Shown: piece by piece, positions 13,555 to 27,060 of the stretch | Layout of the letters: every line of letters starts with the position of its first letter | How positions within the stretch are numbered: position 1 is the stretch's first letter | Notes under the pieces: model-generated | Database searches by the model: none | Told to the model about the DNA's origin: nothing | Seen by the model: only the letters and a program-made list of their open reading frames with translations | Source: Octopus bimaculoides | Taxonomy: Eukaryota | DNA length: 64,000 nt | Direction: 5' to 3' | Assembly (NCBI RefSeq): GCF_001194135.2 | Contig: NC_068984.1 | Span: 101,784,247 to 101,848,246, forward strand | Translations under genes and position numbers: made by a program

Positions 13555-14049
13555 TCTGTTTGGAAGGAACCTGTGGAAGAGGTAGACTCAGGTAGCAGGC
13601 TCTTCAAACATTGGGCCTCACAGAGGTGATGACATGTGACTTGAGAAGACTCAAGTCAAGTGAAATTGTAGTCATGGCTGATGCCAGTGTCATGTGACTG
13701 GCACTCATGTCAGTGGTACATAAAAGCACCAATGCTGGAGACACGCAAAAAGCACCAATGCTAGAGACATGTAAAAAGCACCCATTACATTCTTGGAGCG
13801 GTTGGCATTAAGAAAGGCATCCAGCTATAGAAACCATGCCAAATCATACCGGAACTTAGTGCAGCTCTCCAACTTACCAGTTCCAGTCAAAGTGTCTAAC
13901 CCATGCCAACATGGAAAGCAAACACTAAATAATAATGATGATGNNNNNNNNNNAGCTCTCCAGCTTACCAGTTCCAGTCAAAGTGTCTAACCCATGCCAA
14001 CATGGAAAGCAAACACTAAATAATAATGATGATGATGATGATGATGATG
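13555..14049 (+). mobile_element. RTE LINE 3' end
   Basis: EGTCGRGR relic, 3' UTR and (GAT)n tail ending ~33 nt from the MYLIP exon donor at 14082. Confidence 0.75.
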
Positions 14050-14082
14050 AAGGGAAGGAGAAAAAAAACAATCAAATCTCAC

Positions 14083-14228
14083 TTCATTTTCTTCAGGCTC
14101 ATTTGACATGTTTGTTGCAGTGGAATTTGTTTCTGTTTCAATGTCGTTGCTCATCTTGTAAAGTTTTCTCCGTACATGATCATGGACCTCTTGACTTGTT
14201 CGTTTAATGTCAAAAATATAGGTTTTAC
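14083..14228 (-). CDS. MYLIP: MYLIP/IDOL coding exon (post-FERM and linker); absent from the ORF track
   Basis: Manual translation: (G)KTYIFDIKRTSQEVHDHVRRKLYKMSNDIETETNSTATNMSNEPEENE, matching IDOL [28 protein letters not shown] acceptor and GTGAGA donor; 146 nt, phase 1 to phase 0. Confidence 0.93.
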
Positions 14229-16418
14229 CTACAAAACATAAGTGATATTGTTAGATACAAAAATATGACATTGTCTGAAATACATAGGAAAACAGATTTT
14301 TTACTTTCTCACATATAAAATACACATAAGAGTCTTTCCATTTTGTCTTTTTAACCCCCAATTTCTTTCCATTCACCCAATCTTCCTTTTTTTTTCACTC
14401 TCTGTGGTCTCGTGTTTCTTATCTCCATGCAATCTGAAGCACTTACACTCCAGTTAAATATATTTCAAGTCCAATATGTCACAATATTTAAGCAATATTG
14501 CCTAAGATAAGAAAAAAAATTTATTTTTTAAAAATGTTAAAAACCATCATCATGGTTCTGTGTAAATTAGGAAACAATGGTGAATGAAAATTTGGTAAAT
14601 AGAATTATAAGCTTTCATCATATCATCTTTTATCTTTTACTTGTTTCAGTCATCAGACTGGGGTCTTGCCAGGACACTGCCTGGAAGAAGAATCTTTAGT
14701 GAAATGGATTGTCCCACCCCCCAGTGCTTATTTTTTTTTCAAGCCTGATGCTTATTCTATTGGTCTCTACTGCCAAACTGCTAAGTTACAGGGACATAAA
14801 CACAAACGCACACACATATGACAAGCTTCTTTCAGTTTCTATCAACCAAATCCACTTACAAAGCTTTGGTTGACCCAGGGCTATAGCAGAAAACACTTGT
14901 CCAAGGTGCCATGCAGTAGGACTGAAACCAGAACTATGTGATTGGTAAGCAATCTTCCTACCACACAGCTATGCCTGCACCTATAAAACATTGGTTTCGA
15001 TTTTGGCACAAGGCCAGTAATTTTGAGGGAAGGGGATAGTGGATTACACCAATCCTACTGCTCAAATGGTACTTATTTTATCAACCCTGAAAGAATGAAG
15101 GACAAAGTCAACTTCAGTGGAATTTGAACTCAGAACATAAAGACAGATGAAATACTGCTAAGCATTTTGCCCAGTGTGCCACAAATTCTACCAGTACATT
15201 GCCTTAATTGACTTTAGCCCATTTTTTTTTCCTGTATGCCCCAATATTAGACTATTTCTATAGTCAATGTAAAAGCTTATGACTCTATTTACAAAAGATT
15301 ATCATCATTATTCAGACTACTCACCCCACAGCTTCTCTGCTACTTTAACAGCCCTCTCTGACCAAATTCCAGGATACCCAACACTTCTCTTCCTTCCTTC
15401 CTTTGCATTCTTCACCCACTATCACCTATTTCCCCTTTTCATGTTTACTTTCCCTTGTGTGTGTGTGTGTGCGCACGCACGTACTTGTATGCCACCATCA
15501 TTATTTAACATCCATATTCCATACTGGCATGAGCTGAATGGTTTGATGGGATCTGACTAACCTGAAGGCTGCACTGGTCTCCAATGTCTACTTTGGCATG
15601 GTTTCAATGGGGAATATCTTTTTTAATGTCAACTACTTAATAGAGTGTATTGGGTGCCTTTTCTTTGTTGGTACTAGCACGAATGAGTCACCAAGTGCTA
15701 TATATATATATATATATATNNNNNNNNNNNNNNNNNNNNNNNNNNNNNNNNNNNNNNNNNNNNNNNNNNNNNNNNNNNNNNNNNNNNNNNNNNNNNNNNN
15801 NNNNNNNNNNNNNNNNNNNNNNNNNNNNNNNNNNNNNNNNNNNNNNNNNNNNNNNNNNNNNNNNNNNNNNNNNNNNNNNNNNNNNNNNNNNNNNNNNNNN
15901 NNNNNNNNNNNNNNNNNNNNNNNNNNNNNNNNNNNNNNNNNNNNNNNNNNNNNNNNNNNNNNNNNNNNNNNNNNNNNNNNNNNNNNNNNNNNNNNNNNNN
16001 NNNNNNNNNNNNNNNNNNNNNNNNNNNNNNNNNNNNNNNNNNNNNNNNNNNNNNNNNNNNNNNNNNNNNNNNNNNNNNNNNNNNNNNNNNNNNNNNNNNN
16101 NNNNNNNNNNNNNNNNNNNNNNNNNNNNNNNNNNNNNNNNNNNNNNNNNNNNNNNNNNNNNNNNNNNNNNNNNNNNNNNNNNNNNNNNNNNNNNNNNNNN
16201 NNNNNNNNNNNNNNNNNNNNNNNNNNNNNNNNNNNNNNNNNNNNNNNNNNNNNNNNNNNNNNNNNNNNNNNNNNNNNNNNNNNNNNNNNNNNNNNNNNNN
16301 NNATTCTACAAAGTATTTTGGAAAAAATGGTAAATCTACAGAGAAGGTAATATTCATCTCAAACAGAATGTAATAAGATAATTAACTTTGGTAGTTAACT
16401 AACAAATCCCCTCTCACT

Positions 16419-16461
<43 letters not shown>

Positions 16462-16556
16462 TGTCTGTGTGCACGCACACAAGATCATCCTCACACACAT
16501 CAAATTAACAAAGCTGCAAGAAAGGAACTCATTCATAATTGTGTAATCTCTATTAC

Positions 16557-16819
16557 CTAATGATGTGTTCTCATTAAATAGGGAGACAAAAGTCCCTTTT
16601 AAATCCCGACAGTATTGCGTGGCTACAATACTGCGAACTGTGTCACATCGATAGAAAGAATGAGTTTCAGTCATACAACGGTAAAGGGCCTTTGCTGCCT
16701 TCTCACTGACTAGTTTGAAGCCAACAGTTCTACTATCTTCTTCAGTTGCTTGATTAATCAGCTGAACAAATACAACACGGTCAGCAAGTGTAGCCTTCTG
16801 CATCATATGGAAATCAACA
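16557..16819 (-). CDS. MYLIP: MYLIP/IDOL coding exon (FERM F3)
   Basis: VDFHMMQKAT...FKLVSEKAAKALYRCMTETHSFYRCDTV...QYCRDLKGTFVSLFNENTSL(G) matches IDOL LYRAITETHAFYRCDTV/RDLKG. TTTTCAG acceptor and GTAAT donor; 263 nt. Confidence 0.95.
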
Positions 16820-17798
16820 CTGAAAATACAAGAAAACAACAGATGTATTATTGAAACATCTAACACTGTTACAGGGTCACAAATTTGCCTGACAAATGTA
16901 ATTGAGTGAATCAAACCTCTCACAAACTGATCCTTATTTCATTCACTGCAGAAAAGATAAAGCTAAGGGGGGGGGGGATCTAAATGATCCCTCCAATGAC
17001 CTTGCACAGTTCCCATCAGCCACATTTCACTATCATGACATATAGCCTCTATTGTGGTCATACTGAGGCCTTCAATGGAGGCTTAGGGCGATTCAGTTGA
17101 ATGACCTGTCTCTTTGAAATGTGTAACTAACCATGTGTACCACTTTTATGGGAGTTATGTTGTTAGCATTGTTCTGCTTGGTGTTTTTCTTTGTGTTTTG
17201 CTTCCAGTTGCCTGGTGCACTCTGTATATATTCTACAGAAGAAGATGAACTCAGAAGTAAACTCATCAAACTTCTGTATTGTACAACCATTACCTTACCA
17301 AGACACATGGTTACATCAAGGCATTCTACTGCGGTATCATCAGCCAACAAAGAAATCATTATGTGGTTGTTTGGCTTACTAGAAATAGCAGGCAAATTTC
17401 CCTTGCCACCTTAATACATTGGACAATGTAGTTCTTGATATGTATACAAAAAGATAGGATGGTCTCAGACAAAATGTCAGGACTGCTCAATGAAGGCTGA
17501 CCTGGGATTAAGCAACAACAACTTCAGTACCAGATTCATCTGTCTCCACCAACTAAATAAACACATGTTCAATACATCATTAGTTATCATTCAATCATAA
17601 ATGACCATAATACAAGCTCTACTGGGTCTCCCCTCAATTAGTCACAAGTTTATTTATTACAATACAGTATAAAGCCTTTTCAAAGTGTTATACAAGACTA
17701 AGTATTTTGTCACCAATACAATCAACAGAAAACTATTAATGTGAACCATCTGAAGAAGGTGACCTGTCTCCAGTCCCACCATTACAACAAGTCAGTGT

Positions 17799-18185
17799 AT
17801 CATCATCATCATCATCTAATGTCCATTTTCCATGCTGGTATGGGTTGGACGATTTGACTGGAGATGATAAAGCTCCGTTGTCTGTTCTGGCATGGCTTCT
17901 ACGGCTGGATGTCCTTCCTAACACCAACCACTCCACAGAGTGTACTGGGTGCTTTTATGTGGCACCAGCACCAGAATCAATTCTGCTGTGTTTGGATCTT
18001 CTTTAGTACAACAAGGTGTCAAATATCTCAGCTCTTTTGTCATCTCTTTCGTAAGTTTCAGTGTCTTGAAATCATCCCATGTCTTTCTGGGTCTCCCTCT
18101 TCCACAAGTTCCATCCTCTTTAAGTAATCAGCCCTTCTGTATGCAACTGTCTACATCCATATGCATCACATTATGTGTATGGATA
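17799..18185 (-). mobile_element. RTE LINE 3' end (older subfamily)
   Basis: (CAT)n tail; similar to 11311-11696 in reverse complement. Confidence 0.75.
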
Positions 18186-18259
18186 TAGATGCCCAACTTT
18201 TTTCTCAATACACTAGCACCCTGTCACATGTGTACATCAACATTGCACATCTAGTGGAG

Positions 18260-18606
18260 TATCACCATTTGAGTGTGACCGTTACCAACGGCATATGAAA
18301 AGACATTTGAGCGAGTTTGTTGCCAGTGCCGCCGAACTGGCTCCTGTGCAGGTGGCACGTAAAATACACCATTTCGAGCGTGGCCATTGCCAGTACCTCC
18401 TGACTGGCCTTCGTGCCGGTGGCACGTAAAAGCACCCACTACACTCTCGGAGTGGTTGGCGTTAGGAAGGGCATCCAGCTGTAGAAACTCTGCCAAATCA
18501 GATTGGAGCCTGGTGTAGCCATCTGGTTCACCAGTCCTCAGTCAGATCATCCAACCCATGCTAGCATGGAAAGCAGATGTTAAACGATGATGATGATGAT
18601 GATGAT
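18260..18606 (+). mobile_element. RTE LINE 3' UTR copy (young subfamily)
   Basis: (GAT)n tail; roughly 90% identical by eye to the reverse complement of 10874-11222. Confidence 0.85.
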
Positions 18607-19532
18607 TCCTCTCAGGATGACATGTAAACTAGACAGCTCGATTTGTACAACTTTATATATGACAGAAATAAGGCAACATTGTTCACTAGTTAAATGAATA
18701 ATATTTACAGGTGTTTATTTTGTTACTTGCAATTTAGTGTCAAGAACTTTTATAGTGAATCTCTTGAAAAAAAGATAGAATTTGTTCCTATGGATCTGTT
18801 CATCAGCTGAGTTAATTAATTTAAAAAATTTTTCCCAATCAATCAGCAACTGACTAAGCAGCTTTATCAAAAGTGTACTTAATTGCAAAGAGTGGTGATA
18901 TCTCTACTCAAAGTGACTACCATTATAACATATGGTGCTGTATATGGAACAAGGTTCTTTCTACACATCTTGCCACCAGAGAAGACAGAGTCACCAGCCT
19001 TCAACTAGACTTGATAAACAAGTTTGGCTTAAGTTTAATACCACACTCCTTTAAACTTCTCTATTTCTCTTAATTCAACTGTCCCACATTATGAAGATTA
19101 CATATATACACAGACACACAGTAACATATTCACGGCATAACATGTTCGTGCACATACACACATGATTTATGTATTCTGAACAACTTTGTGAACAATGTGT
19201 AGGCTTAAATTGGACATCAACAATCATTTAAAACTACTCATCATTAACAGTAATTAAAGGCCACACATCATTTGCAATAATTTTATATTGTTTGTTCAGG
19301 CCTGTTACTGCCAAATTAACTTATCAGCAAGGTCAAAATATACTTTCCTCATTCTGTGATTATAAATGAATAAAACGGTAATATAATTTGAATAAACGTC
19401 TTTCAGTTGAATTTTTATTTTCTACACATGCACAAAATGTAAAATGATTCTAAGTTTGGTACTTTATTCATGCAACAATAAAAACAAAAGCTACAGAAAA
19501 AGAATAACACAAATTTATAATTAATGACTTAC

Positions 19533-19928
19533 GTCTCAACTTGTATTAAATTTTCATCAAAAATAGTAATGCCTTCAGGTCCAACTCCAATATGAACATT
19601 TTCTCCACTACAGTTCTTGGCTTCATGGAATGATATTCCATAGTTTGGAAGTTCAGCAACTTCTTGCAGCAGCTTGTATTCAGCTTGGGCTGGGTTCAAA
19701 GTTGAAATGCCGGTATGTTGTTCAGCAACTTCATTGGCTAGAGCTAAACCTCCACCAATCTTTTCAACAAGTGTTGTATAGATTGATTCAGTGAACTCGG
19801 TGACAGGGTTTTGATCTAATTTAGACAACTGTGCAAGTAACGCACATATGTTTATACAAGTGGTTTTGTCAGAAACTTGTAATTTCTGACTCATGAGATC
19901 TTTTATAACTTGAAGAGAAAACTGATGC
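19533..19928 (-). CDS. MYLIP: MYLIP/IDOL coding exon (FERM F2-F3)
   Basis: (R)HQFSLQVIKDLMSQKL...AEYKLLQEVAELPNYGISFH...IGVGPEGITIFDENLIQVE(T). TTCTTGCAG acceptor and GTAAGT donor; 396 nt; phases match both neighbours. Confidence 0.95.
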
Positions 19929-20764
19929 CTGCAAGAACAGAATGAGATTATTTTTTTAAGATATTGAACTAGAGAATAAAAAAAAAAAATCCAAAAGGAT
20001 TAATGTTGTTGTAAGGCCACATATTTATAGGGGGTATACTTGATTGATCATCAATTTCTCTAAATTCCAGATTTTAACCCAAAATCATTAAAACTGATGT
20101 CATGTATTTTATCAATCATGTACAGTATTTATTTCATCAATCATGGAAGGATGACGAAGTCAACTGAGGTAATACTTTGAAGTCCAAATGAAGAGAGTTG
20201 AATATTGCAAGTCAATGTTCAACTGTTTGCAATCCCATCCCTCTCCCTTTTTATCATTTAAATTACACAGCAAGGAGGTAGAGCTGATTTAATCAACCCT
20301 CAGTATATGACTGTTACTTATTGATCCTGGAGAGATAAACTAACTATGGCACAATTTGAACTGGGAATATAGTAATTTTTAAAGATGGCATAAAGCTAAG
20401 AATCTTGGTGGAAAGGAACTGATTTTATCGGAACTCAGTGTAAAGGAACATGGCTGAATACTCCAAAACCTTTATTGCTCATCTCATACTCCCAGCTGAC
20501 CTAACATTACATTCGCTTTGTGATGTTCACCCTCTTTGCATTAATCTCCAGGTTGTTGTCTTTGCTAACAAGTATTACTCACTGAGGTAGTGTAGGAAGG
20601 AGAGGATTCCAGCAGCACAACAAGGCAATAAAATACTTGCTGAATATATAGTGTAACTTTTGTTTACAATGACCGACTGCGCATCTTTCTATTATTTATG
20701 CAGAGCTGGAGGGATAGAATATAAATATTGACACTGAGTAGAAACTGTGTGAAGTGGGTGGTTT

Positions 20765-20806
<42 letters not shown>

Positions 20807-20841
20807 NNNNNNNNNNNNNNNATATACATATATATATATAT

Positions 20842-20876
<35 letters not shown>

Positions 20877-22840
20877 TGTGTATTTACATATATTATTGCA
20901 CACAAATGCATACATACACAGACTTTTTCACTTAGTCACAAAAGATTATACTAATCCTGCTGACAGATATAGATGTGTTAAGATCATTCATTCATCCAAC
21001 CATAATATTGTTATCATCATCTTAGCATCCATTTTTTTCACGCTGGCATAGTTTAGACAAAGTTTATTGAGGCAGATTTTCTATCGCTGGATGTACTTCC
21101 TGTCACCAACCCTCACCTGTTTCCAAGCAGGGCAATATTTTTCCCTGGCCAGACATGTTCTCACAGAATATTAGAAATGAATGACACTGCCTGTATGACA
21201 GCAACAATAATTTACAACAATCATATTATGTCAAGAATAAAGAGATACAAACACATTATTTGAGTGGGTGTATAAACAGGTGCATGTGTGTGCATATATA
21301 TGTATATAAACATCTCTATATATATATATATATCATCATCATCATTTAATGTCCACCTTCCATGCTGGCATAGGTTAAACAGTTTGACAGGAGCTGGCCT
21401 GGCAGGAGCCTGCACCAGACTTCTGTCTCTTTTGGTAGAGTTTTTACGGCTGGGTGCCCTTCCTAACACCAACCACCCAGCAGAGTGGAGTGAGTGAGTG
21501 CTTTTTACATGGCACAAGCACAGGTGATGTCAGTTTTGACAAGGTTTTTACACCTGGATACCCTTCTAAATGCCAACCACTCTACAGTGTGGACTGAATG
21601 CTGTCACCAAGTAACTTGGAAGACAAAGATCTTTTGAGGGGGAGGGGGCATTGGAGGAGGTGATCTTGTGTGAGATGATGAAAGGTTATAATGAGAAAGA
21701 GAGACAGAAACAGGTGTCTTGCTGTAAGAGTGAGAGAGATCAGGAATGAGGACAGAAACAGGTATGCTGCTGTAATGGGGATACATGGTTACCCAACCTG
21801 AAGGAAGAGCAAGAGAAAGAAAAAGAGAATGGCAGACAGTAAAAGTGCAGGAGAGAGATGGGGGTAGAGTGCCAGGCATACTCACAAGGGACAGGGATCA
21901 GAATATAAATGGGGTGGTTGAGGAAAAGAAGAGAGAGATATAGATGATGGCAAGTGCCAGGGCATACCCTAGAGGTATGGAGGTAATGATATCAGTGGCA
22001 GGACATTGACAAAGAAGTGGAGGAGGAGAATGCAGTAAGTGGTGAAAACCTGGATATATATAGAGGGGGTGGGGGCTACCAGATAGCAATGATACAGTGA
22101 ACAGGGCCATGAGAACAGGATTGGAGAGTTAGAGGTAAGCATAGTGCATGAAAGAGATGTAAGGAAGAGATGTTGTTTGGTTTGTTGGGGTAAGGTACTT
22201 GAAATGTTTTCTTGTTACCTGTGGGTGGAATACAAATGCTTGTGGAATACACAGCCCTTCTAGAACTCAGTTTCGCTGACGTGGGTGGGTCTTCTCAAGA
22301 ACCTCATATTGCCAGACATCTCAGCCCAAATACGATCAACGGAGCAGCTTGCTCATGAAATTAACATGCAAGTGGTTGAGCACTCCACAGACATGTGTAT
22401 CCTTAATGTAGTTCTCAGGGAGATTCAGCATGACACTGAGTGTAACAAGGCTGGCCCTTTGAAATACAGGTTCTACTTATTATCTTTTATCTTTTCCTTG
22501 TTTCAGTCATTAGACTGAGGCCATGTTTGGGCACTGCCATGAAGGGTTTAATTGAACAAACTGACCCCAATATTTATTTTTCTCTAAGCCTGGTATTTAT
22601 TCTATCAGTCTCTTTCTGATAAACTGTTAAGTAATGGGGATGTAAACAAAACAACACCAGTTGTCAAGTAGTGGTAAGGAACAGATACAATGACACACAC
22701 ATTCCATCTACCAAATCTACTCATAAAGTTTTGGTAAGCCTGGGGCTATAGTAGAAGACAACTGCCCAAGGTTCCATGCAGTGGAACTGAACCTGGAATC
22801 ATGTGATTGGGAAACAAGCTTCTCATTCAGACAGCCATGC

Positions 22841-22911
<71 letters not shown>

Positions 22912-23333
22912 AAGAGTATATAATATATGCCAGAATAATAATGAATATAATCTCATCTATTTTTGATGATGAATGAATGTTTGATTGATTGATCAACAGA
23001 ACAACCTAGTTTCCTTGCATTTGTTTTACAACAAACTCATTGTAATATGTAATATGGTGTGGCTGTATATACCACAGACACTTGTACCCTTAACATAATC
23101 CTCAAACAGAATCAATGTGACACAACATACGACTAGACTGACCCTTTGAATAGAAAGGAAAGGGAACAGGGCACAGAAAGTGTTTCCACACCATTTATTT
23201 GCTAAATTAAACTCACAAGGCAATCAATACTATGGTAGAAGACATTTGTCCAAAGTGCTATGTAAAGGATAGTTCTTGGATTCTCATGATTGCATGACCA
23301 AACTAAGACCAAGCACCATCACTTGCTTACATA

Positions 23334-23545
23334 TGATGGGGTGCTGAAAAGTCCCTGGCTTTGGGTAAAAGAAAATACAGGAGAATCAGTTATGATTTTA
23401 TCCAACATATTCCCCTCTCAGATTCACACACTTATTGCAGTGGTCCTTCAGTTTTCCTAAGCCCTGTAAAAGAACTTCAAAGGTTGGGCCTCCAACCAGT
23501 CCTTTCATGATACCCTTAAAGCTAGGAACTTTTCAGCACCCCTCA
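23334..23545. mobile_element. Mariner-type MITE
   Basis: TIR TGA(T)GGGGTGCTGAAAAGT at both ends with TA flanks; 212 bp, 54 nt from the exon donor at 23599. Confidence 0.8.
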
Positions 23546-23599
23546 TATATACAAAAACATATAAGAATACAACACTTTACAAGCAAAAAAAGTAGTTAC

Positions 23600-23790
23600 C
23601 TGGTTGTGTTTTGCAACAAGGAATGGGGAGGTACAAAAAATTTGACCTTTAGAAGAAGCCGGTATGGTGGCTGTCTGTTGAGTTGTTGGTTTAAGCGGTT
23701 GCGCATATTCAACCATAGCTGTTCTCCTTTATTTCCTTCATACTGAAGACCAAAATAATCAACCTCTAAAATACCAAGTTGCTGGCAAAC
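23600..23790 (-). CDS. MYLIP: MYLIP/IDOL coding exon (FERM N-lobe), first exon found; probably exon 2
   Basis: [17 protein letters not shown]...LWLNMRNRL...[22 protein letters not shown](R) matches the IDOL FERM F1 region. AG acceptor at 23792-23791, GTAAC donor at 23599; 191 nt, phase 0 to phase 2. Confidence 0.95.
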
Positions 23791-24166
23791 CTGCAAACAA
23801 GAAGAGTGATAGACATATAAGAATAACAGTGTTTAGAGATAATACAAAAGTAATCATTTAAGATGAAAAAGAGAAGAAAAGTAACCAAACATAAGAGAAA
23901 TATTGAAAAATTTTGAGAGACACTGTAACTTAACTGAAAAATCATGAGTGTAATAATGAAATCTGAAGAATATAAGCACCATTTCACATTTGATTTTTCA
24001 TACTGGTATGAGCTAGATAGGTCTGTTGCAGTCCTTTACCATCTGACACACACAAAGACAACACTAAAAATCTCTTATTTTGTATGACATGATTTTTGTA
24101 GTTGGGTTCCTTTCATATCACCAATTGCTTTACAAAACGTATCTTATCAAGAGTAATATTTTAGAA

Positions 24167-24625
24167 CAGTGGTTCTCAACCATTTTAGCCTATGGACTCC
24201 TTTGAGTCTTACTTTACTGGACCTTGTGTGGAGATCCAGGATATGTGTATCTGGTGGTTAGAGTGTTGGGCTCATGATCATAAGATTGTGGTTGCAATTC
24301 CTGGACTGAGCAAGGAGTAGTATTCTTGAGCAAAGCACTTCATTTCATGCTGCTCCAGTCCACTCAGCTGGCAAAAATGAGTAATCCTGTCCAGCTGGGG
24401 AATATATAAGCCATGAAACCAGGAAACTAGTCCTTATGAGTCAGTATGGCTTGAGAATGTAACTTTACTACTGGGCTTCGATAGCCATTTGATGTATATA
24501 AAAAAAAAAGTCCTGCAGTATTTTTATAATTGAATATTATTAGGAACTGTTTATATAAAAAAATATTTTGTGTATTGAAGAAGTATAAGCAATTTATAGC
24601 ACATAAATTTTAACAGCAAAATCTT
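24167..24625. mobile_element. Truncated hAT-like MITE with a nested tRNA-derived SINE (~24230-24470)
   Basis: Starts CAGTGGTTCTCAACCATTTT, same family as 62034-62330 in the opposite orientation. It is interrupted by a SINE with a tRNA-like head. Confidence 0.6.
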
Positions 24626-25293
24626 GGAACAGAAGGAACAGGCATTGGTAAATTTTTCTTGTAATATTTGGATAACTGATCCTGTAGTTCACCAATGATT
24701 TCTGTCATTGGCAAAATGTGTGTTGTGAGGTGTGTTGAAGGGCTGGTAACAGTGGCAGAAAAATGTCAAAGGAATATTAAAATATTTGAATCAAAACATG
24801 TTACTGGTGCTTACATTAAAGTAAAAGGTAAAGTTCATCAAGGTGAGTTTGAACTCAAAATATAAAAAGAACAAAACAATGTCCTAGCTATTATCTTCAA
24901 AATGAACTGAACTAGATTTTAAACTTTTTCACATGTATTTATCTTAACAGCTGTTCAAATATGAAGTGAATTACTTTGATCTACATAAAACTATTCACAC
25001 TAGATATTATCATTACTGAAAAACCTGATCTATCAATATAACATGACCCACCCCGCCCACCTTTGTCTCCACACTCACTATAGCTACCCACATGTACTTC
25101 TGGCCTCCATTTCTGCCACTAGTCATTTCCAGTCCTCTCCCTTTCACTCTCATACTCTATGCACCAACTATTTACAGATTTATGACACTGCTGCTCTCCT
25201 GTGCTGCTACTTGTCACACACTCCTTCCTGAGCCACTTGTATTTCTTGCTCCTCCCTGCTCCATACAGATATATATATATATATATATATATA

Positions 25294-26472
25294 TCAGGTC
25301 ATCCCATAAGTTCTCTCCGAATTTTGAATAAAGAAAACAAATGATCAAATGTTATATTTAATTGAAATTTAATCATCAATGTACTTTCCCTGATTATCTA
25401 TGATTTCCTTCCATCTATTTACAAGCTTTTTAATCCCATCAATGTAAAACTCTTTTGGTTTCAAAGCGAAGAACTCTGAAATGTCAGTTTCGACCGCCTC
25501 CTGGCTTGTGAAAGTTATGTCCCCCAAATGATTCTGTAAACTATGAAACAAATGGTAGTCTGAAGGAGCAAGGTCGGGAGAATAAGGTGGATGAGGAATG
25601 TTTTCCTAACCAAGCTCTTCAATCTTCTGTGATGTGATCTTTGCAGTGTGGAGTCATGCATTGTCCTGATGAAACATCACTCCTTTTCGATTTACTAAAG
25701 CGGGTCTTTTTTTCTTCAAAGCTTGGTTCAAATGCTCTAATTGCTGACAGTAGACTTCAGCATTGATTGTTGAATTAGGTGGTAACAATTCAAAGTGAAT
25801 TACTCCAATGCAATCACACCAGATAGAGAGAAGAAACTTTTTCCCAAGAAGTTCCATTCTCGGTTGTGGTTGAGCTTTTTCCCCTTTTACCAAGCCACTG
25901 TTTACGACGTCTAAAATTTCGATAAAAGATTCATTTATCGTTACCAGTTACAAGTCAATCCCAAAAGAGTGAAATGAGCAGATATCAACTCAGGATTTGC
26001 AGTTGTTTTCGGAAAATTCATGAAGCACCCATTTTCCAAGTTTAGGAAACTTTCCAAGTTGTTGAAGATAACGATGAACAGTTGTATGGTTTAAAGTAAG
26101 CTTTATTGCCAATTCTTCAACTGATAATGCAAGATTTTCTTCAAGTAACGCCCCAAGGAGCTTATCATCAAACTCAACTGGACGTCCTGTTCGATCTACA
26201 TCTTCAAGGCTGAAATCTCCACTTCTGAATTTTGCAAACCATCTTCTGCAAGTTTTTTCATTCAAGCATTCTTTCCCATAAAGTGAGTGTATGTTTCGAG
26301 TCCCTTCGGCTGCAGAGTTTCCTTTTTTGTACTCATAAAGCATTATGTGCCTCAAATGCTCTTTGGATACAAGTTTTAATCAAAGAAATTTTAATCCTAT
26401 TATCATGTAAAATAATATTTAATTAGTTTAAATGTACGCAAATGCATAAAAATAATTTTAAATTCCATTAGA
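25294..26472 (-). mobile_element. Mariner transposon (second family), degenerate
   Basis: MRHIMLYEYKKG...WFAKFRSGDFSLED..RTGRP, GKWVLHE, FHQDNA and SDYHLFHSLQNHL motifs. TIR TCAGGTCATCCCATAAG follows (TA)n; the other end is not resolved and may lie in the N gap. Confidence 0.88.
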
Positions 26473-26874
26473 NNNNNNNNNNNNNNNNNNNNNNNNNNNN
26501 NNNNNNNNNNNNNNNNNNNNNNNNNNNNNATATATATATATATATATATATAGGCATGCTGCCACAGATATGACAAAGGAAACAATGTAAATATTTTGAG
26601 TTCCGTTATTGATGTGAATATGTTAAGGAAATGATTATATCCTTTATGTTTGAAGTCAATGTGGTCATCTGACAAGAATGGTTCTTTCAAATGATGTAAT
26701 GTTTTTATTAAGCAATTAAAAGAGTTGCTTGAAATGGCTGTAATGAACTGACACCTGTACAACTTTGTCAATTTATATTTTATTTACCTAAGTTGGAATC
26801 TGCACTTCAGAAATAAATATTATTTAGGTGTGCAAATTATACAGATCTAGCAAGGTGCCCCAATCTAAGTAGTC

Positions 26875-26920
<46 letters not shown>

Positions 26921-27060
26921 CTATCTATCTATCTATCTATCCTAATAGATACATACATACATACATATACACATACATACATGCACACACACATATATAC
27001 ATACATACACACACACACATGAATCATTCACTATTCTTTCCATTTATTTAAGATGTATTA

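Noticed and set aside
13862-14049. Near-perfect ~80-bp tandem duplication of a LINE tail
   Set aside because: The copies sit either side of a 10-N gap, the typical signature of an unmerged contig overlap.
17133-17414. Plus-strand ORFs after a pyrimidine tract and CAG (possible antisense exon)
   Set aside because: No recognisable homology or partner exons.
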